Source: Azolla caroliniana (taxonomy: Eukaryota; Plantae; Polypodiophyta). Taken from it: DNA of 64,000 nt. The notes beneath the pieces are model-generated. The model saw only the letters and a list, made by a program, of their open reading frames with translations. It searched no databases and was not told the DNA's origin. The position numbers and the translations under genes were made by a program. Shown here one piece after another: positions 12,602 through 26,101 of the stretch (its first letter is position 1; each line of letters starts with the position of its first letter). The stretch is taken from NCBI GenBank assembly GCA_043228905.1, contig JBHGNT010000020.1, positions 868,001 to 932,000 on the forward strand, written 5' to 3'.

Positions 12602-13466
12602 TGTTAATCCTTAGGGCCGGACAACAGCCTAACACAAGGTGTCCACTTAAGACACTTCACCAAAGGGTGTTACGGCTAGATAACTTACGGCACAACGCTT
12701 AATTGGACCTTAATCGGTTACTTAGCAATACATCATTAACACGTGTAAAATATACAATAAGCATAGAAGGGTGAGCAATAATCAATGATTAAACAAAAGG
12801 TTTATATTACTCTCCATTAATGACTACATTGTAACCGGGCCTTTATATAGGTCACCGGTGCGAAGTACAAAATGGTGCCAACCGGCACCTATTTGGGATC
12901 GGTCCGGATCAGGATCGGCATACCGATTCCGGTCCGTCCGTCCACATCTTCTCATATATTAATACATCATTAACACGCGTAAAATATACAATAAGCATAG
13001 AACGGTGAGCAATACTCAATGATTAAACAAAAGGTTTATATTACTCTCCGTTAATGACTACATTGTAACCGGGCCTTTATATAGGTCATTGGTGAGAAGT
13101 ACAAAATGGTGCCAACCGGCACCTATTTGGGATCGGTCCGGATCCGGATCGGCATACCGATTCCAGTCCGTCCGTCCACATCTTCTCATATATTAATATA
13201 TATATTAAGGTGAGTAATTTCAACAGATTCCCAAATAACAATTCCCCTTTTCACACCCTGGTCTTTGCCGGCCGGGTAACACATGGCACGCCTGGTGGGA
13301 CCGGCACCTATTTGGGATCGGTCCGGATCCGGATCGGCATACCGATTCCGGTCTGTCCGTCCACATCTTCTCATATATTAATATATATATTAAGACTAGT
13401 AATTTCAAGAGATTTCCAAATAACAATTCCCCTTTTCAAACCCTCGTCTTTGCCGGCCGGGTAACA
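12602..13466 (-). repeat. Composite 5' LTR of the gypsy element (865 bp)
   Basis: LTR with an internal 234-bp tandem duplication (12727-12960/12961-13194), LTR end at 13281, then CA + an 18-nt tRNA-complementary tract (13284-13301), then a second copy of the terminal 165 bp (13302-13466). Confidence 0.9.
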
Positions 13467-15202
13467 TAATTTTTGTTTGTGAAATTTTTTTATTGGAAGC
13501 AGGCTGAAATTGCGCTTGTAATCCAACGGTTAGGATAATTGCCATCCAATCAATACACCCGAGTTCAACTCTCCGCAAGCACACACCATGTTATTTCAAC
13601 CACTACTTACTATTGAAAAGAGAAATCTATTCAATGCCCTTCGATAATGTCACGTTACTCAACAGTTTCATTAGCAGAGTTTAAAAACTCTCCAACAAAA
13701 TGAATTCCTATAAATATTTGGTCACCCTTTTAGTTTCTCAAAACCAGTTTCATTTTTATCTTATAAGAATGTTAAGTCACCCTTTGCTCGGTCACATAAA
13801 AAAAGGTAAAGATTAAGAACTTAGGTTCATATCAGATATTTGTGCGCTTGTAGCCCAAAATTTAGGATATTTTTCCTGAAAGCAATAGACCACGTTTCAA
13901 CATTCCGCAAGCGCACCATATGTGCTTTAGAGCAATACTTCCATTGGATAAACAAAATCTATTCGACAATATTACATTCTTGGACGAGTTTCATAACTAG
14001 ATTGTAAGAACACGGAAACAAATTGAATTAATCTGATGTTTAGCTCAAACAAGCTATTTTTGTGGACTTGTTTCATTTGTATGCTAGAAGAAGGTAAGGC
14101 TCACTATTCGTTCGCTCATGTAACAATTGGTAAAGGTCCAACTACTCAACAATAACTTTTATCTTGTATATTGTTTGTTTGTGATAAAACTCCCTTGGAC
14201 GTACGTTCATATTGCTCTTGTAACCCAACAGTTAGGATAATCGCCTTCAAGTAATAGACCGGACTTCAACTCTCCGCAAGCGCACAACATGTTATTTACA
14301 ACATTACTTTAGATGGAAAAGCGAAAAAACTTTCCACTTCCCTTTGACAAAGTCACGTTGTTGGAGAGTTTCATAAGCAGAGTGTAAAAACTCTCCAACA
14401 AATTGAATTCCTATAAATATTTGGTCAAAAAACGGTTTCTCAAAACTACTTTCGGTTTTAGGGTAAGAACACGGAAACAAATTGAATTAATCTAATGTTT
14501 AGCTCAAACAAGCTGTTTTTATGGACTTGTTTCATTTGTATGCTAGAAGAAAGTAAGGCTCACTATTCGTTCACTCAGGTAACAATCGGTAATGGTTAAG
14601 GACTCACATTGATATGCAAGTACTCCAGAATACTTTTATCTTGTACATTTTTTGTTTGTGATGAAATTCCATTGGAAGTAGGCTCAAATTACGCTTGTAG
14701 TCCAACGGTAAGGATAATTGCCTTCCAAGCAATAAACCCGAGTTCAACTCTCGCCAAGTGCACACCATGTTATTTCAAGCACTACTTACTATCGATTCAA
14801 TTCCCTTCGACAATGTCACGTTGTTGGAGAGTTTCATTAGCAGAGTTTAAAAACTCTGCAACAAATTGAATTCCTATAAATATTTGGTCATAAAATAGTT
14901 TCTCTAAACTAGTTTCGTTTTTATCTTATAAGAATGTTAGGGTCACCCTTTGCTCGCTCACATAGAAAAAGGTAAAGATTAAGGACTCAGGTTCATATGA
15001 GATATTTGTGCGCCTGTAGCCCTAAATTTAGGATATTTTTTTTCAATGTAATAGACCACGTTTCCACATTCCGGAAGTGCAAGTTATGTGCTTTGGAGCA
15101 GTACTTTGATTGGACATGCAAAATCTATACGATTTGATTCGAGGCTATAACGTTGTTGGACGAGTTTCATAACTAGATTGTAAGAACATGGGAATAGATT
15201 GA
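13467..15202. repeat. Satellite array segment
   Basis: Same monomer motifs; continues the monomer broken at 3117. Confidence 0.95.
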
Positions 15203-15769
15203 TTTTTTTTTTTTTTTTCAAAAGAAAGTATACTTCCATTAGTATTTAGAAAAGTCATAACAACATACAAAAATTTCCCCAAAACATCTTTATAAGATGG
15301 TGGTTGAAAAAACAAAAGTTTTGATGAAAAGTTTTGACTCCAGCATAAAGTAAAGTAAATAATCAATCTGAAAATTGTTCTATAAAAAGCTTCCACAAAG
15401 GTCTACCAAACGAGGTAAAATGCAATCTAGAACCTTTTGTTATGCAATCAAGAACCTTCAATCTCCATAACATGTTGCAGGCTGTAAATAGCCATCTTCT
15501 TTCACCCATTCCGGGTGATCAAGAGTCCTCAAGGGATGTTCCATTCAAGATCCCAATACCCTCTGTTTTTCTCTTTGTTTGATGCCTCGAGAAGATTGTC
15601 AAGGTCTCCATAATGAATGCAAACTATATGTCCCCCTGGTTTAAAGATTGTGGCTTGCCTACTTCCATTGTCCAGTGTTATAAGCGTGTGAAGCCTTTGT
15701 CTTTTTTTTAACCCACATAATTGTTTGATAAGTTGGCAGTGTCCATAAACATTTTGTATTAACACAAGC

Positions 15770-17100
15770 AGTTAATCTAAAGTTTTCCTCACCCACTCTC
15801 TATAGTATGCTTCGACGGCACCACCATCTTCACTCATCCTCATAACAAAAAAAAATGCTTCATACAGTCCACTTCAGCCATCTCGGCGATTAGCATGTTG
15901 CAGCATCTTGCCAAAGTCCACTAAAATCCTGCATAAGCAACAGAACTCAGTATAAAAATTTCCTCACCCACTCATGCTATTCAACTTCGACCCCATCACC
16001 ATCTTCACTCATCCTTATCTCATAAAAATTCTTCCTTCACTCCACATTAGCCAACTCATCGACTAGCATCTTGCCAATGTCCACGCAAAACCTGTATTAA
16101 CAACACAAAAACAATTTACAAGTTTCCTCACCCACTCATCATAATCGGCGTCGATCCCCCCACCGTCTTCACTCATCCTTATCACAGAAAAAACTGCTTC
16201 ATTCAGTCCCATCCAACATCTCACCTATTAACCGATTACCATCAAGGTCTTATCAAACAAACAAACAACAAAACGGGACACATGCCTCAATTCTTACCGC
16301 CATCATCAATCATCACCATGAAATTAAAACATTCCCCCACATCAAACCTTGCTTCAGCCCATACCACCACCATTCTCACTGACAAATTGCTTCAATACCA
16401 CATCACCTATCTCAATTTATACCATTTTGAACTTGTTGTGATACTCCTCCTAATCTCTTCATTTTGCATATCAACAATGTGCTTCATTTCTACATCACCC
16501 ATCTATTCGTGCAGCTCCTAAAACCTATATAAACAACAATAGCATAAATGTATTGTGTGTATCCCCTCCTAAACATGCACTTCAATCCCCCGTCAACACC
16601 ATCATTCATCCTTACCAACTATAAAAACTTCCATGACTACACATATAAAATATAAAATTTCCTCATCCGCTCATATATTTGCTTCAACCCCCACACCCTC
16701 GCCACTCATCCTCTCGTCATTAATAAGTTGTATAAGACAATAACTACATGACAACAACTAGAAGATTATCCTGTTTGTTGCACTCCCTAATATGAAACCT
16801 AAACTCTTCTTCACTCCATCCCATTACACCAAATTCCATCAAGCATCATCCACGACAACCATCTCGCCTTCTTGCTAATTGGCACCAAATTTTTTCTTGA
16901 CATGTCCTTGATTTCCTTCCATCAAGCATCCTGCCATATAGACCACAAACAAATTAATGTAAAAAAAATCCCTCACCAACTCATGATAACATGCTTCATT
17001 AACCCCCACACCATCTACACTCTTCCTTATTGCTCATAAGAAAATTGCTTCTTACATCCACAACAACCATCTTGCCTTATCGCTAACCGGCACCAAATTT
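15770..17100. repeat. Degenerate ~165-175 bp repeats in the LINE 3' region
   Basis: Motif tttcctcacccactc...caccatcttcactcatcct recurs near 15785, 15959 and 16123, and in more diverged form near 16658 and 16970. Confidence 0.75.
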
Positions 17101-17173
17101 TGGCTTGCCATGTCCTTGATTTTCATCAACATCAATTATCCTGACAAAAAGATAAACGGTCATCTATATTATA

Positions 17174-18219
17174 TCATGGTATTTGTACTAAAGATGGTGC
17201 CGGTGGCGGGAATAACCACTGAGGCGGTACATAGTTCCACTTGACATCTGCGGCTTCATTCAACATAATAGGTATAGACGACCAAACTTTACGAATTCTC
17301 ATTCTTTTCTTATTAGTTGTATGTCCAGAACCCTTTTAACTATCATATTCACCTTTAACTGTATGTACCAACAAGTTCCAAAAGGACTTAACTTGATCCA
17401 CGATGTGAGTGTTTTCATCATTGTATAGCTTAGAGCACCTACCTTTCCAAAGAATCCATAAAGCCAAAGAGGAGACAATTTGCCAGACATAACTTCCGAA
17501 GAAAAACTTGATTCCCTGCAATGAGGTTGAAGCATAGTCTACTTGCAAACTTGTGACACGTAATGACAAAGAAGAATAATGCTGATGATAGAAAGTCATT
17601 TGTGGATCTAACCTTCCCCATAAAACTGCACCCCACATAAAAATCCCTGACCTATACTTACGACCTAATAGCCTAAGAATTCTAAACCAAAACCTTTTTG
17701 CGACAACACATTCCCAAAATACATGATGCAATGACTCACTTGCATAACCACACATAACGCATGACCGATCAGTTACAGATCCCCTCATCAAATCACCTAC
17801 TGGCAACACATAATGAATCATCAACCAACGAAAGTGTAATATCTTGTTCATACATTTAATTTGCCCCTCTTAACCTATACAACCTATTCTTTCGTTCCTG
17901 AGCCGATGTCTACAAGAAGTTTATCCAATCCGCAACTGTACGGGCTGGACCATTATCCATTGCAGCCCAAGATAACCTAGGCCTTAGACCCAACACACAT
18001 GCGGCTTCATCCGTAAATAAAGGGTTCCATATCAAAGGTTGACGCATGAATTGAGTATAAGTTTTTGGAGGCAAGAAAACGAGTGCTTGGCGAACACTTT
18101 CCCATGCTTGAAATATTCCATTAAAAAAACGTAAGGATCCAACATTAGACTTTGGCAATGGAAAATCTGCATTAAAAAACCATCTAAGACTATCTTTCCA
18201 TTGACCACCTGTTGATGGC
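17174..18219 (-). pseudogene. LINE ORF2 C-terminus (zf-RVT-like cysteine-rich region)
   Basis: CVMCGYASESLHHVFWECVVAKRFW and WQIVSSLALWILWKGRC in 17336..17851; QPLIWNPLF in 17910..18158; frameshifted; final TGA at 17174-17176. Confidence 0.85.
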
Positions 18220-20797
18220 TTAACGTTATGTTTAGGTCAAACAAGTTGTTTTTGTGGACGTGATTCATTTGTATGCTAGAAGAAAGTAAGGCTTACTATT
18301 TCTTCGTTCAGGTAACAATTGGTAAAGGTTAAGGACTCACATTGATATATAACTCGTATACAACAATTTTATCTTGTATATTTTTTGTTTGTGATAAAAA
18401 TCCATTGGAAGGAGGCTCATATTGCACTTGTATTCCAATGGTTAGTATAATTGCCTTCCATGAAATAGACCTGAGTTCAACTCTCGGTAAGCGCACATCA
18501 TCTTATTTCAACCACTACTTACGATCGAAAAGAGAAATCTATTTAATTCCCTTCGACAATGTCACGTTGTTCGAGAGTTTCATTAGTAGAGTCTAGAAAC
18601 TCTCCAACAAACTAAGCTCCGATAAATATTTGGTCAAAAAACGGTTTCTCAAACTAGCTTTGTTTTATCTTATAAGAATGTTACGGTCACCTTATGCTTG
18701 CTCACATTAAAAATGCTAAAGATTAAGGACTCACGTTCATATGAAATATTTGTGCGCATGTAGTCCTACAATAAACCACATTTCAACATTCTGCAAGCGC
18801 ACGCTATTTACTTTAATGCAGTACTTCAAATGGATAAACAAAATCTATTCAATTGGATTCGAGAATATGACATTGTTGGATGAGTTTCATAACTAGATTG
18901 TAAGAACATGGGAACAAATTGAATTAATCTGATGTTTAGTTCAAACAAGCTGTTTTTGTGGACTTGTTTCATTTGTATGCTATAAGAAGGTAAGGCTCAC
19001 TATTCGTTCGCTCATGTAACGATTGGTAAAGGTTAAGGACTCAAATTGATATCCAACTACTCAACAATAACTTTATCTTGTATATTGTTTGTTTGTTTGT
19101 GATAACACTCCCTTGTACGTACATTCATATTGCGCTTGTAATCCAACGGTTAGGATAATCGCCTTCGAAGCAATAGACCCGATTTCAACTCTTAGCAAGC
19201 GCACACCATGTTATTTACAACACTACTTTAGATGGAAAAGTGAAAAAACTTTCCAATTCCCTTTGACAAAGTCACGTTGTTGGAGAATTTCATTAGCGGA
19301 GTGTAAAAACTCTCCAGCAAATTGAATTCGTATAAATATTTGGTCAAAAAACGGTTTCTCAAAACTACTTTCGGTTTTATCTTATAAAAAAGTTAGGTCG
19401 CCCTTTGCTCGCTCACAAAAAACATGGTAAAGATTAAGGAATCAAGTTTGATATGACATATATGTGCGCCTTTAGCCCTACAATTAGATATTTTTCTAGA
19501 AAGCAATAGCCTACATTTCAACATTCTGCAAGCACATGCTATGTCCTTTAGAGCGGTACTTCAATTGGATAAACAAAATCTATTCGATTCGATTCGAGAA
19601 TAGAAATTTGGTGGATGAGTTTCATAACTAGATTGTAAGAACACGAGAACAAATTGAATTAATTTGATGTTTAGCTGAAACAAGTTATTTTGTTGGACTT
19701 GTTTCATTTGTATGCTAGAAGAAAGTAAGACTCAGTGTTTGTTCGCTCAGGTAACAATTGGTAAAGGTTAAGGACTGACATTCATATGCAACTACTCAGA
19801 AATAATTTTATCTTGTAAATTTTTTATTTTTGGTAAACATCAATTGAATATAAGTTCAAATTGCGCTTGTAGTCCAACGGTTAGGGTAATTGCCTTTCAA
19901 GCAATAGACCTGAGTTCAACTCTCGGCAAGCGCATACCATGTTATTTCAATCACTACTTACAATCTAAAAAAGAAATCTATTCAAGTCCCTTCAACAATG
20001 GCACGTTCTTCAAGAGTTTCATTAGCAAGGTTTAAGAACTCTCCAACAAATTGAATTGCTATAAATATTTAGTCAACAATAATCTTATGTTGTATCTTTT
20101 TTGTTATTGATAAACTTCCATTCGAAGTAGGGTCAAATTGCGCTTGTAGTCCCACGGTTAGGATAATTGCCTTCCAAGCAATAAACCCGAGTTCAACTCT
20201 CGGCAAGCGCATACCATGTTATTTCAACCACTTCTTACGATCTAAAAGAAAAATCTATTCAAGTCCCTCCGATAATGTCTCGTTCTTTGAGAGTTTCATT
20301 AGCAGAGTCTAAAAAGTCTCCAACAAATTGAATTCCTATAAATATTTGGTCAAAAAACGGTTTGTCTAAACTAGTTTCATTTTTATTTTATAAGAAAGTT
20401 AGTGTCACGTTTTGCTCGCTCACATAAATCATGGTAAAGATTAACGACTCCGGTTTGATATGAGATATTTTTGCGGCTTTAGCCCTATAATTAGGATATT
20501 TTTCTGGAAAGCAATGACTCACGTTTCAACATTCCGCAAGTGCATGCTATGTGCCTTAGAGCATTACTTGCATTGGATAAATGAAATATATTCGATTCTA
20601 TTCGACAATATGACATTGGTGGATGAGTTTGGTAACTAGATTGTAAGAATATGGGAACAAATTGAATTAATCTGATGTTTAGCTCAAACAAGCTGTTTTT
20701 GTAGGCTTGCTTCATTTGTATGCTAGAAGAAAGTAACGCTCAATATTCGTTCGCTCTGGTAACAATTCGTAAAGGTTAAGGACTCAGATTAATATAC
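18220..20797. repeat. Satellite array segment
   Basis: Same monomer motifs. Confidence 0.95.
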
Positions 20798-21490
20798 TAT
20801 TGGGAGACAGGTCCCTCCAGATGGGAAGGGAGAAGAATAGTGCTGATCAGCAAACTCGGCCGAGGCCGAAACCGGATGAGGAGTACCCGGCTACGGAGAG
20901 CCGGATGGTGCAGACCCGGTGAGAACCGGATGAGGAGTACCCAGAAACGGAAGACCTGGTGAGAACCGGATGGCAAGTATCTGGCAAGCGCCGGATGATG
21001 CAGGCCCGGTGAGGAGTGCTCACCGGATGAAGGGACATATTCGTAAATATGTTTCTAAGAGTCCATCGAGGCTATATTTGTAAATAGCCGAAAAGTCATA
21101 TTAGTATAAATATGATTTAGGGCAAACTTATTGTAGTAGTCGTTGTCATTCTTGTTGGTGCAAGAAGAGACAGCGTGTAACAGTGTACAGAGTGAGAGAG
21201 AGAGAGAGAAAGAGACGAAGGCTTCGTATCTCTGATTGTAACCACCGCCTATGGAGAAGATAGCAAGCTCGAGGTCATGGCCTCAATGCTTTCTTATTGT
21301 ATATTCTGACATAGTGATAGTTTGCGGTCTGTGGGCTGCCGTGGTTTTTCCCGAGTTTGGGTTTTCCACGTAAACATCCTGTGTACTCTTCTCTCCTTTG
21401 TGTCGTGCATTTCATTTCCCGTTTTCTGTGTATGATTCTAAGCTCGGTTGTGGCCGAGCGTTGTGCATAGGGAGCATGCAGTTCCTGTCA
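20798..21490 (+). mobile_element. Copia solo LTR (693 bp), related to the intact element at 55542-60972
   Basis: T(A)TTGGGA...GTCA termini with perfect TSD TATAC (20793-20797/21491-21495). Shares GGTCCCTCC.GATGGG, CCGGATGA repeats and GTGGTTTTTCCC...GGGTTTTCCACGTAAA with the reverse complement of the 55.5-61 kb LTRs. Confidence 0.9.
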
Positions 21491-24400
21491 TATACAACTA
21501 CTCAAATTTTTTTTTATCTTGTATATTTTTTATTTTGATAAACTTCGATTGAATGTAGGTTCAAATTGCTCTTGTAGTCCAACAGTTAGGATATACCATC
21601 CAAGCAATAGACCTGAGTTCAACTCTCAACAAGAGCATACCATGTGAGGCCTACAATTAGGATATTTTTTGTTTTTGATAAATTTCCATTCGAGGCACGG
21701 TCAAATTGCGCTTGTAGTCCAACGGTTAGGATAACTGCCTTCCAAGCAATAGACCCGAGTTCAACTCTCGACAAGCGCATACCATGTTATTTCAACAATT
21801 ACTCATGATATGAAAGAGAAATTTATTCAAGTCCCTTCGACAATGTAACGTTCTTCGAGAGTTTCATTAGCAGAGTCTAAAAACTCTCCAACAAATTGAA
21901 TTCCTATAAATATTTGGTCAAAAAACGGTTTGTCTAAACTAGTTTCGTTTTTATCTTATAAGAAAGTTACGGTCACCTTTTGCTCGCTCACGTAAAACAT
22001 GGTGAAGATTAAGTACTCAGGTTTGATATGAGATATTTGGGCGCGTTTGGCCCTACAATTAGGATATTTTTCTTGAAAGGAATAGCCCACGTTTCAACAA
22101 TCCGCAAGGGCACGATATGTCCTGTAGAGTGGTACTTCAATTGGATAAACAACATCTATTTGATTTGATTCGAGAATATAAAATTGCTGCATCGGTTTGA
22201 TAACTAGATTGTAAGAACACAGGAACAAATTGAATTAATTTGATGCTTAGCTCAAACAAACTAATTTTGTGGACTTGTTTCATTTGTATGCAGGAAGAAG
22301 GTAAGGCTCACTATTTGTTCGCTTAGGTATAGGAGTGACATTTATATGCGGCTACTCAACAATAATTTTATCTTGTATATTTTTTGTTTTTGATAAACTT
22401 CCCTTGGAAGCATGTTTAAATTTTTCTTGTAGTTCAACGGTTAGGATAATTGAATAAATCTGATGTTTAGCTCAAACAAGTTGTTTTTGTAGGCTTGCTT
22501 CATTAGTATGCTAAAAGAAAGTAACGGTCAGTATTCGTTCGCTCATCTAACATTTGGTAAAGGTTAAGGACTCACATTGATATGCAATTACTCAAAAATA
22601 ATTTTATCTTGTATATTTTTTATTTTTGATAAATTTCAATTGAATGGATGTTCAAATTGCACTTGTATTCCAACGGTTAGGATAATGGCCTTCCAAGCAA
22701 TAAACCCGAGTTCAATTCTCAGCAATAGACCCGATATTTTTCTTGAAAGGAATAGCCCACGTTCTAATATTCTGCAAGCGTACGTTATGTCCTTTAAAGC
22801 GGTACTTCAATTGGATAAGCAAAATCTATTAGATTAGATACGAGAATATAAAATTGCTGGATGAGTTTCATAACTAGATTGTAATAACACGAGGTATAAT
22901 TGAATTAATCTTATGTTTAGCTTAAACAAGCTGTTTTTGTGGCCTTGTTTCATTTGTATGCGAGAAGAAAGTAAGGCTCACTATTTTATCCCTCAGGTAT
23001 AGGACTCACATTTATATGCGACTACTCACCAATAATTTTCTCTTGTCTATTTTATGTTTCTGATAAACTTCCATAGAAAACAGGTTCAAATTGCACTTGT
23101 AGTCCCATGGTTAGGATAATTGCCTTCCAAGCAAAAAACCCGAGTTCAACTATCGGCAAGCGCATACCATGTTATTTCAACCACTCCTTACGATCTAAAA
23201 GAAAAATCTATTCAAGTCCCTCCGATAATGTCTTGTTCTTTGAGAGTTTCATTAGCAGAGTTTAAAAAGACTCCAACAAATTGAATTCCTATAAATATTT
23301 GGTCAAAAAACGGTTTCTCTAAACTAGTTTCATTTTGATTTTATAAGAAAGTTATTGTCACGTTTTGCTCGATCACATAAATCATGGTAAAGATTAACGA
23401 CTCCGGTTTGATATGAGATATTTGTGCGGCTTTAGCCCTATAATTAAGAAATTTTTCTGGAAAGCAATGACTCACGTTTCAATATTCTGCAAGCGCACGA
23501 TATGTCCTTTAGAGCGGTACTTCAATTGGATAAACAAAATCTAGATTGTAGGAACAAGAGATCAAATTAAATTAATCTGATGTTTATCTTAAAAAGGCTA
23601 TTTTTGTGGACTTGTTTCATGTGTATGCGAGAAGAAAGTAAGGCTCACTATTTGTTCGCTCAGGTATAGGACTAACATTGCAAACTTTCCTTGGAACCAA
23701 GTTTAAATTGCGCTTGTAGTCCAACGGTTAGGATAATTGCCTTCCAAGTAATAGATTCCAGTTCAATTCTCGGCAAGCGCATACCATGTTATTTCAAGCA
23801 GTACTCACGATCTAAAAGAGAAATCTATTCACCTCCCTTTGATAATGTCACGTTCTTCGAGAGTTTCATGAGTAGAGGTTAAAAAGTCTCGAACAAATTG
23901 AATTCCATTAGAGTTGAGAATATAAATTTGTTGGATGAGTTCCATAACTAAATTGTAAGAACACAAGATCGAATTGAATTAATGTGATGTTTAGCTTAAA
24001 CAAGCTGTTTTTGTGGACTTATTTCATTTTATTGCGAGAACAAAGTAAGGCTAACTATTTTTTCGCTCAGGTATAGGACTAACATTTATATGCGACTCCT
24101 CAGCAATAATTTCATTTTGTATATTTTTTGTTTTTGATAAACTTCCATTCGAAGCAGGGTCAAATTGCACTTGTAGTCCAATGGTTAGGATAATTGCCTT
24201 CCAAGCAATAGACCCGAGTTTAACTCTTGGCAAGCGGATACTATGTTATTTCAACCAATACTCACGATCTAAAACAGAAATCTATTGAAGTCCCTTCGAC
24301 AATGTCATGTTTTCCGAGAGTTTCATTAGCAGAATCTAAAAAGTCTCCAACAAATTGAATTCCTCTAAATATTTGGTCAAAAAACGGTTTCTCTAAACTT

Positions 24401-26101
24401 GTTTCGTTTTTATCTTATAAGAAAGTTAGTGTCACGTTTTGCTCACTCATATAAACCATGGTAAATATTAAGGACTCAGGTTTGATATGAGGTATTTGTG
24501 CGGCTTTAGCCCTATCATTAAGATATTTTTCTTGAAAGTAATACCCCACGTTTCAATATTACACAAGCGCACGCTATGTCCTTTATAGCGGTACTTCAAT
24601 TGCATAAACAAAATCTATTCGATTAGATTCGAGAATATAAAATTGTTGGATGAGTTTCAGAACTAGATTGTAGGAACAAGAGATCAAATTAAATTAATCT
24701 GATGTTTAGCTTAAAAAAGCTATTTTTGTGGACTTGTTTCATGTGTATGCGAGAAGAAAGTAAGGCTCACTATTTGTTCGCTTAGGTATAGGACTGACAT
24801 TTATATGCGATTACTCAACAATAATTTTCTCTCCTATATTTTTTGTTTTTGACAAAGTTCCCTTCGAAGCAAGTTTAAATTGCGCTTGTAGTCCAACGGT
24901 TAGGATAATTGCCTTCCAAGCAATAGATCGGAGTTCAACTCTCGGCAAGCGCATACCATGATATTTCAACCAGTACTCACGATCTAAAAGAGAAATCTAT
25001 TCAAGTCCCTTTGATAATGTCACGTTCTTTGAGAGTTTCACAAGTAGAGGTTAAAAAGTCTCCAACTAATTGAATTCCTATAAATAATTGGTCAAAAAAC
25101 GGATTCTCTAAACTAGATTTGTTTCTATCTTATAAGAATGTTAGGGTCACCGTTTGCTCGCTCACGTAACATGGTAAAGATTCAGGCCTCAGGTTTGATA
25201 TGACATATTTGTGCAGCTTTAGCCCTACAATTAGGATATTTTCATTGAAAGCAATAGGCCACGTTTCAATATTCCGTAACCATACGCTATGACCTTTAGA
25301 GCGGTACTTCAATTGGATAAATAAAGTCTATTCCATTCGATTCGAGAATATAAAGTTGTTGGATGAGTTTCATAACTAGATTGTAAGAACACGAGATGAA
25401 ATTCAATTAATCTGATGCTTAGGTCAAACATGTTGTTTTTGTGGACTTGTTTCATTTGTATGTGAGAACAAAGTAAGCGTCACTATTTGTTTGCTCAGGT
25501 ATATGACTCACATTTATATGCGACTACTCAATAATAATTTTATCTTCAATATTTTTTGTTTTTGATAAACTTCCCTTGGAAGGATGTTTAAATTGCGCTT
25601 GTAGTCCAACGGTAAGGATAATTTCCTTCCAAGCAATAGACCCGAGTTCAACTCTCGGCAATCGCATACCAGTTTTATTTTAACCAGTACTCCCGATCTA
25701 AAAGAGAAAGATATTGCAGTCCCTTTGACAATGTCACGTTCTTGGAGCGTTTCGCTAGCAGTGTTTAGAAAGTCTCCAACAAATTGAATTCCTATAAATA
25801 TTTGGTCAAAAAACGGTTTTTCTAAACTAGTTTCGTTTTTATCTTATAAGAAAGTTACGGTCACCTTTTGCTCGCTCACATAAACCATGGTAAAGATTGA
25901 GGACTTAGGTTTGATATGAGATATTTGTGTGGCTTTAGCCCTACAATTAGGATATTTTCATTGAAAGCAATAGGCCACGTTTCAATATTCCACAAGCGCA
26001 CGCTATGTCCGTCAGAGCCGTACCTTAATTGGATAAAGAAAATCTATTCCATTCAATTCGAGAATATAAAATTGGCATCTCAATTGGATAAAGAAATTCA
26101 A
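21491..26101. repeat. Satellite array segment
   Basis: Same monomer motifs; both the long (ggtaacaattggtaaaggttaaggactc) and short (ggtataggactc) variants occur. Confidence 0.95.

Larger units (their letters stand above)
3118..13466 (-). mobile_element. Full-length, decayed Ty3/gypsy LTR retrotransposon (non-chromovirus; Athila-like layout with an extra 3' ORF)
   Basis: Direct LTRs TGTTAATCC...GGGTAACA. Imperfect 5-bp TSD TATTT (3113-3117)/TAATT (13467-13471). gag-PR-RT-RH-INT order on the minus strand. No chromodomain or extra RNase H seen. Confidence 0.95.
15203..18219 (-). mobile_element. 5'-truncated L1-like LINE with poly(A) tail and ~2 kb 3' region
   Basis: T16 at 15203-15218 (poly(A) on the minus strand) interrupts satellite gggaatagattga|ttaa; the satellite resumes at ~18220. 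ORF2 C-terminal remnant is present. No clear TSD. Confidence 0.85.

Noticed and set aside
14905-14935. Satellite minus strand contains GAAACTAGTT (and GAAACAAGTC in the other half), resembling a hammerhead 3' core in a ~335-bp unit
   Set aside because: The required CUGANGA reads CTTATAA/CTTCTAG, and stems I and II do not form. At most an undetectable relic; an Infernal scan of the consensus would settle it.
20866-21035. Regularly spaced CCGGATGA repeats, superficially CRISPR-like (also 55995-56190)
   Set aside because: These are LTR U3 tandem motifs without unique spacers. There are no cas genes and the context is eukaryotic.
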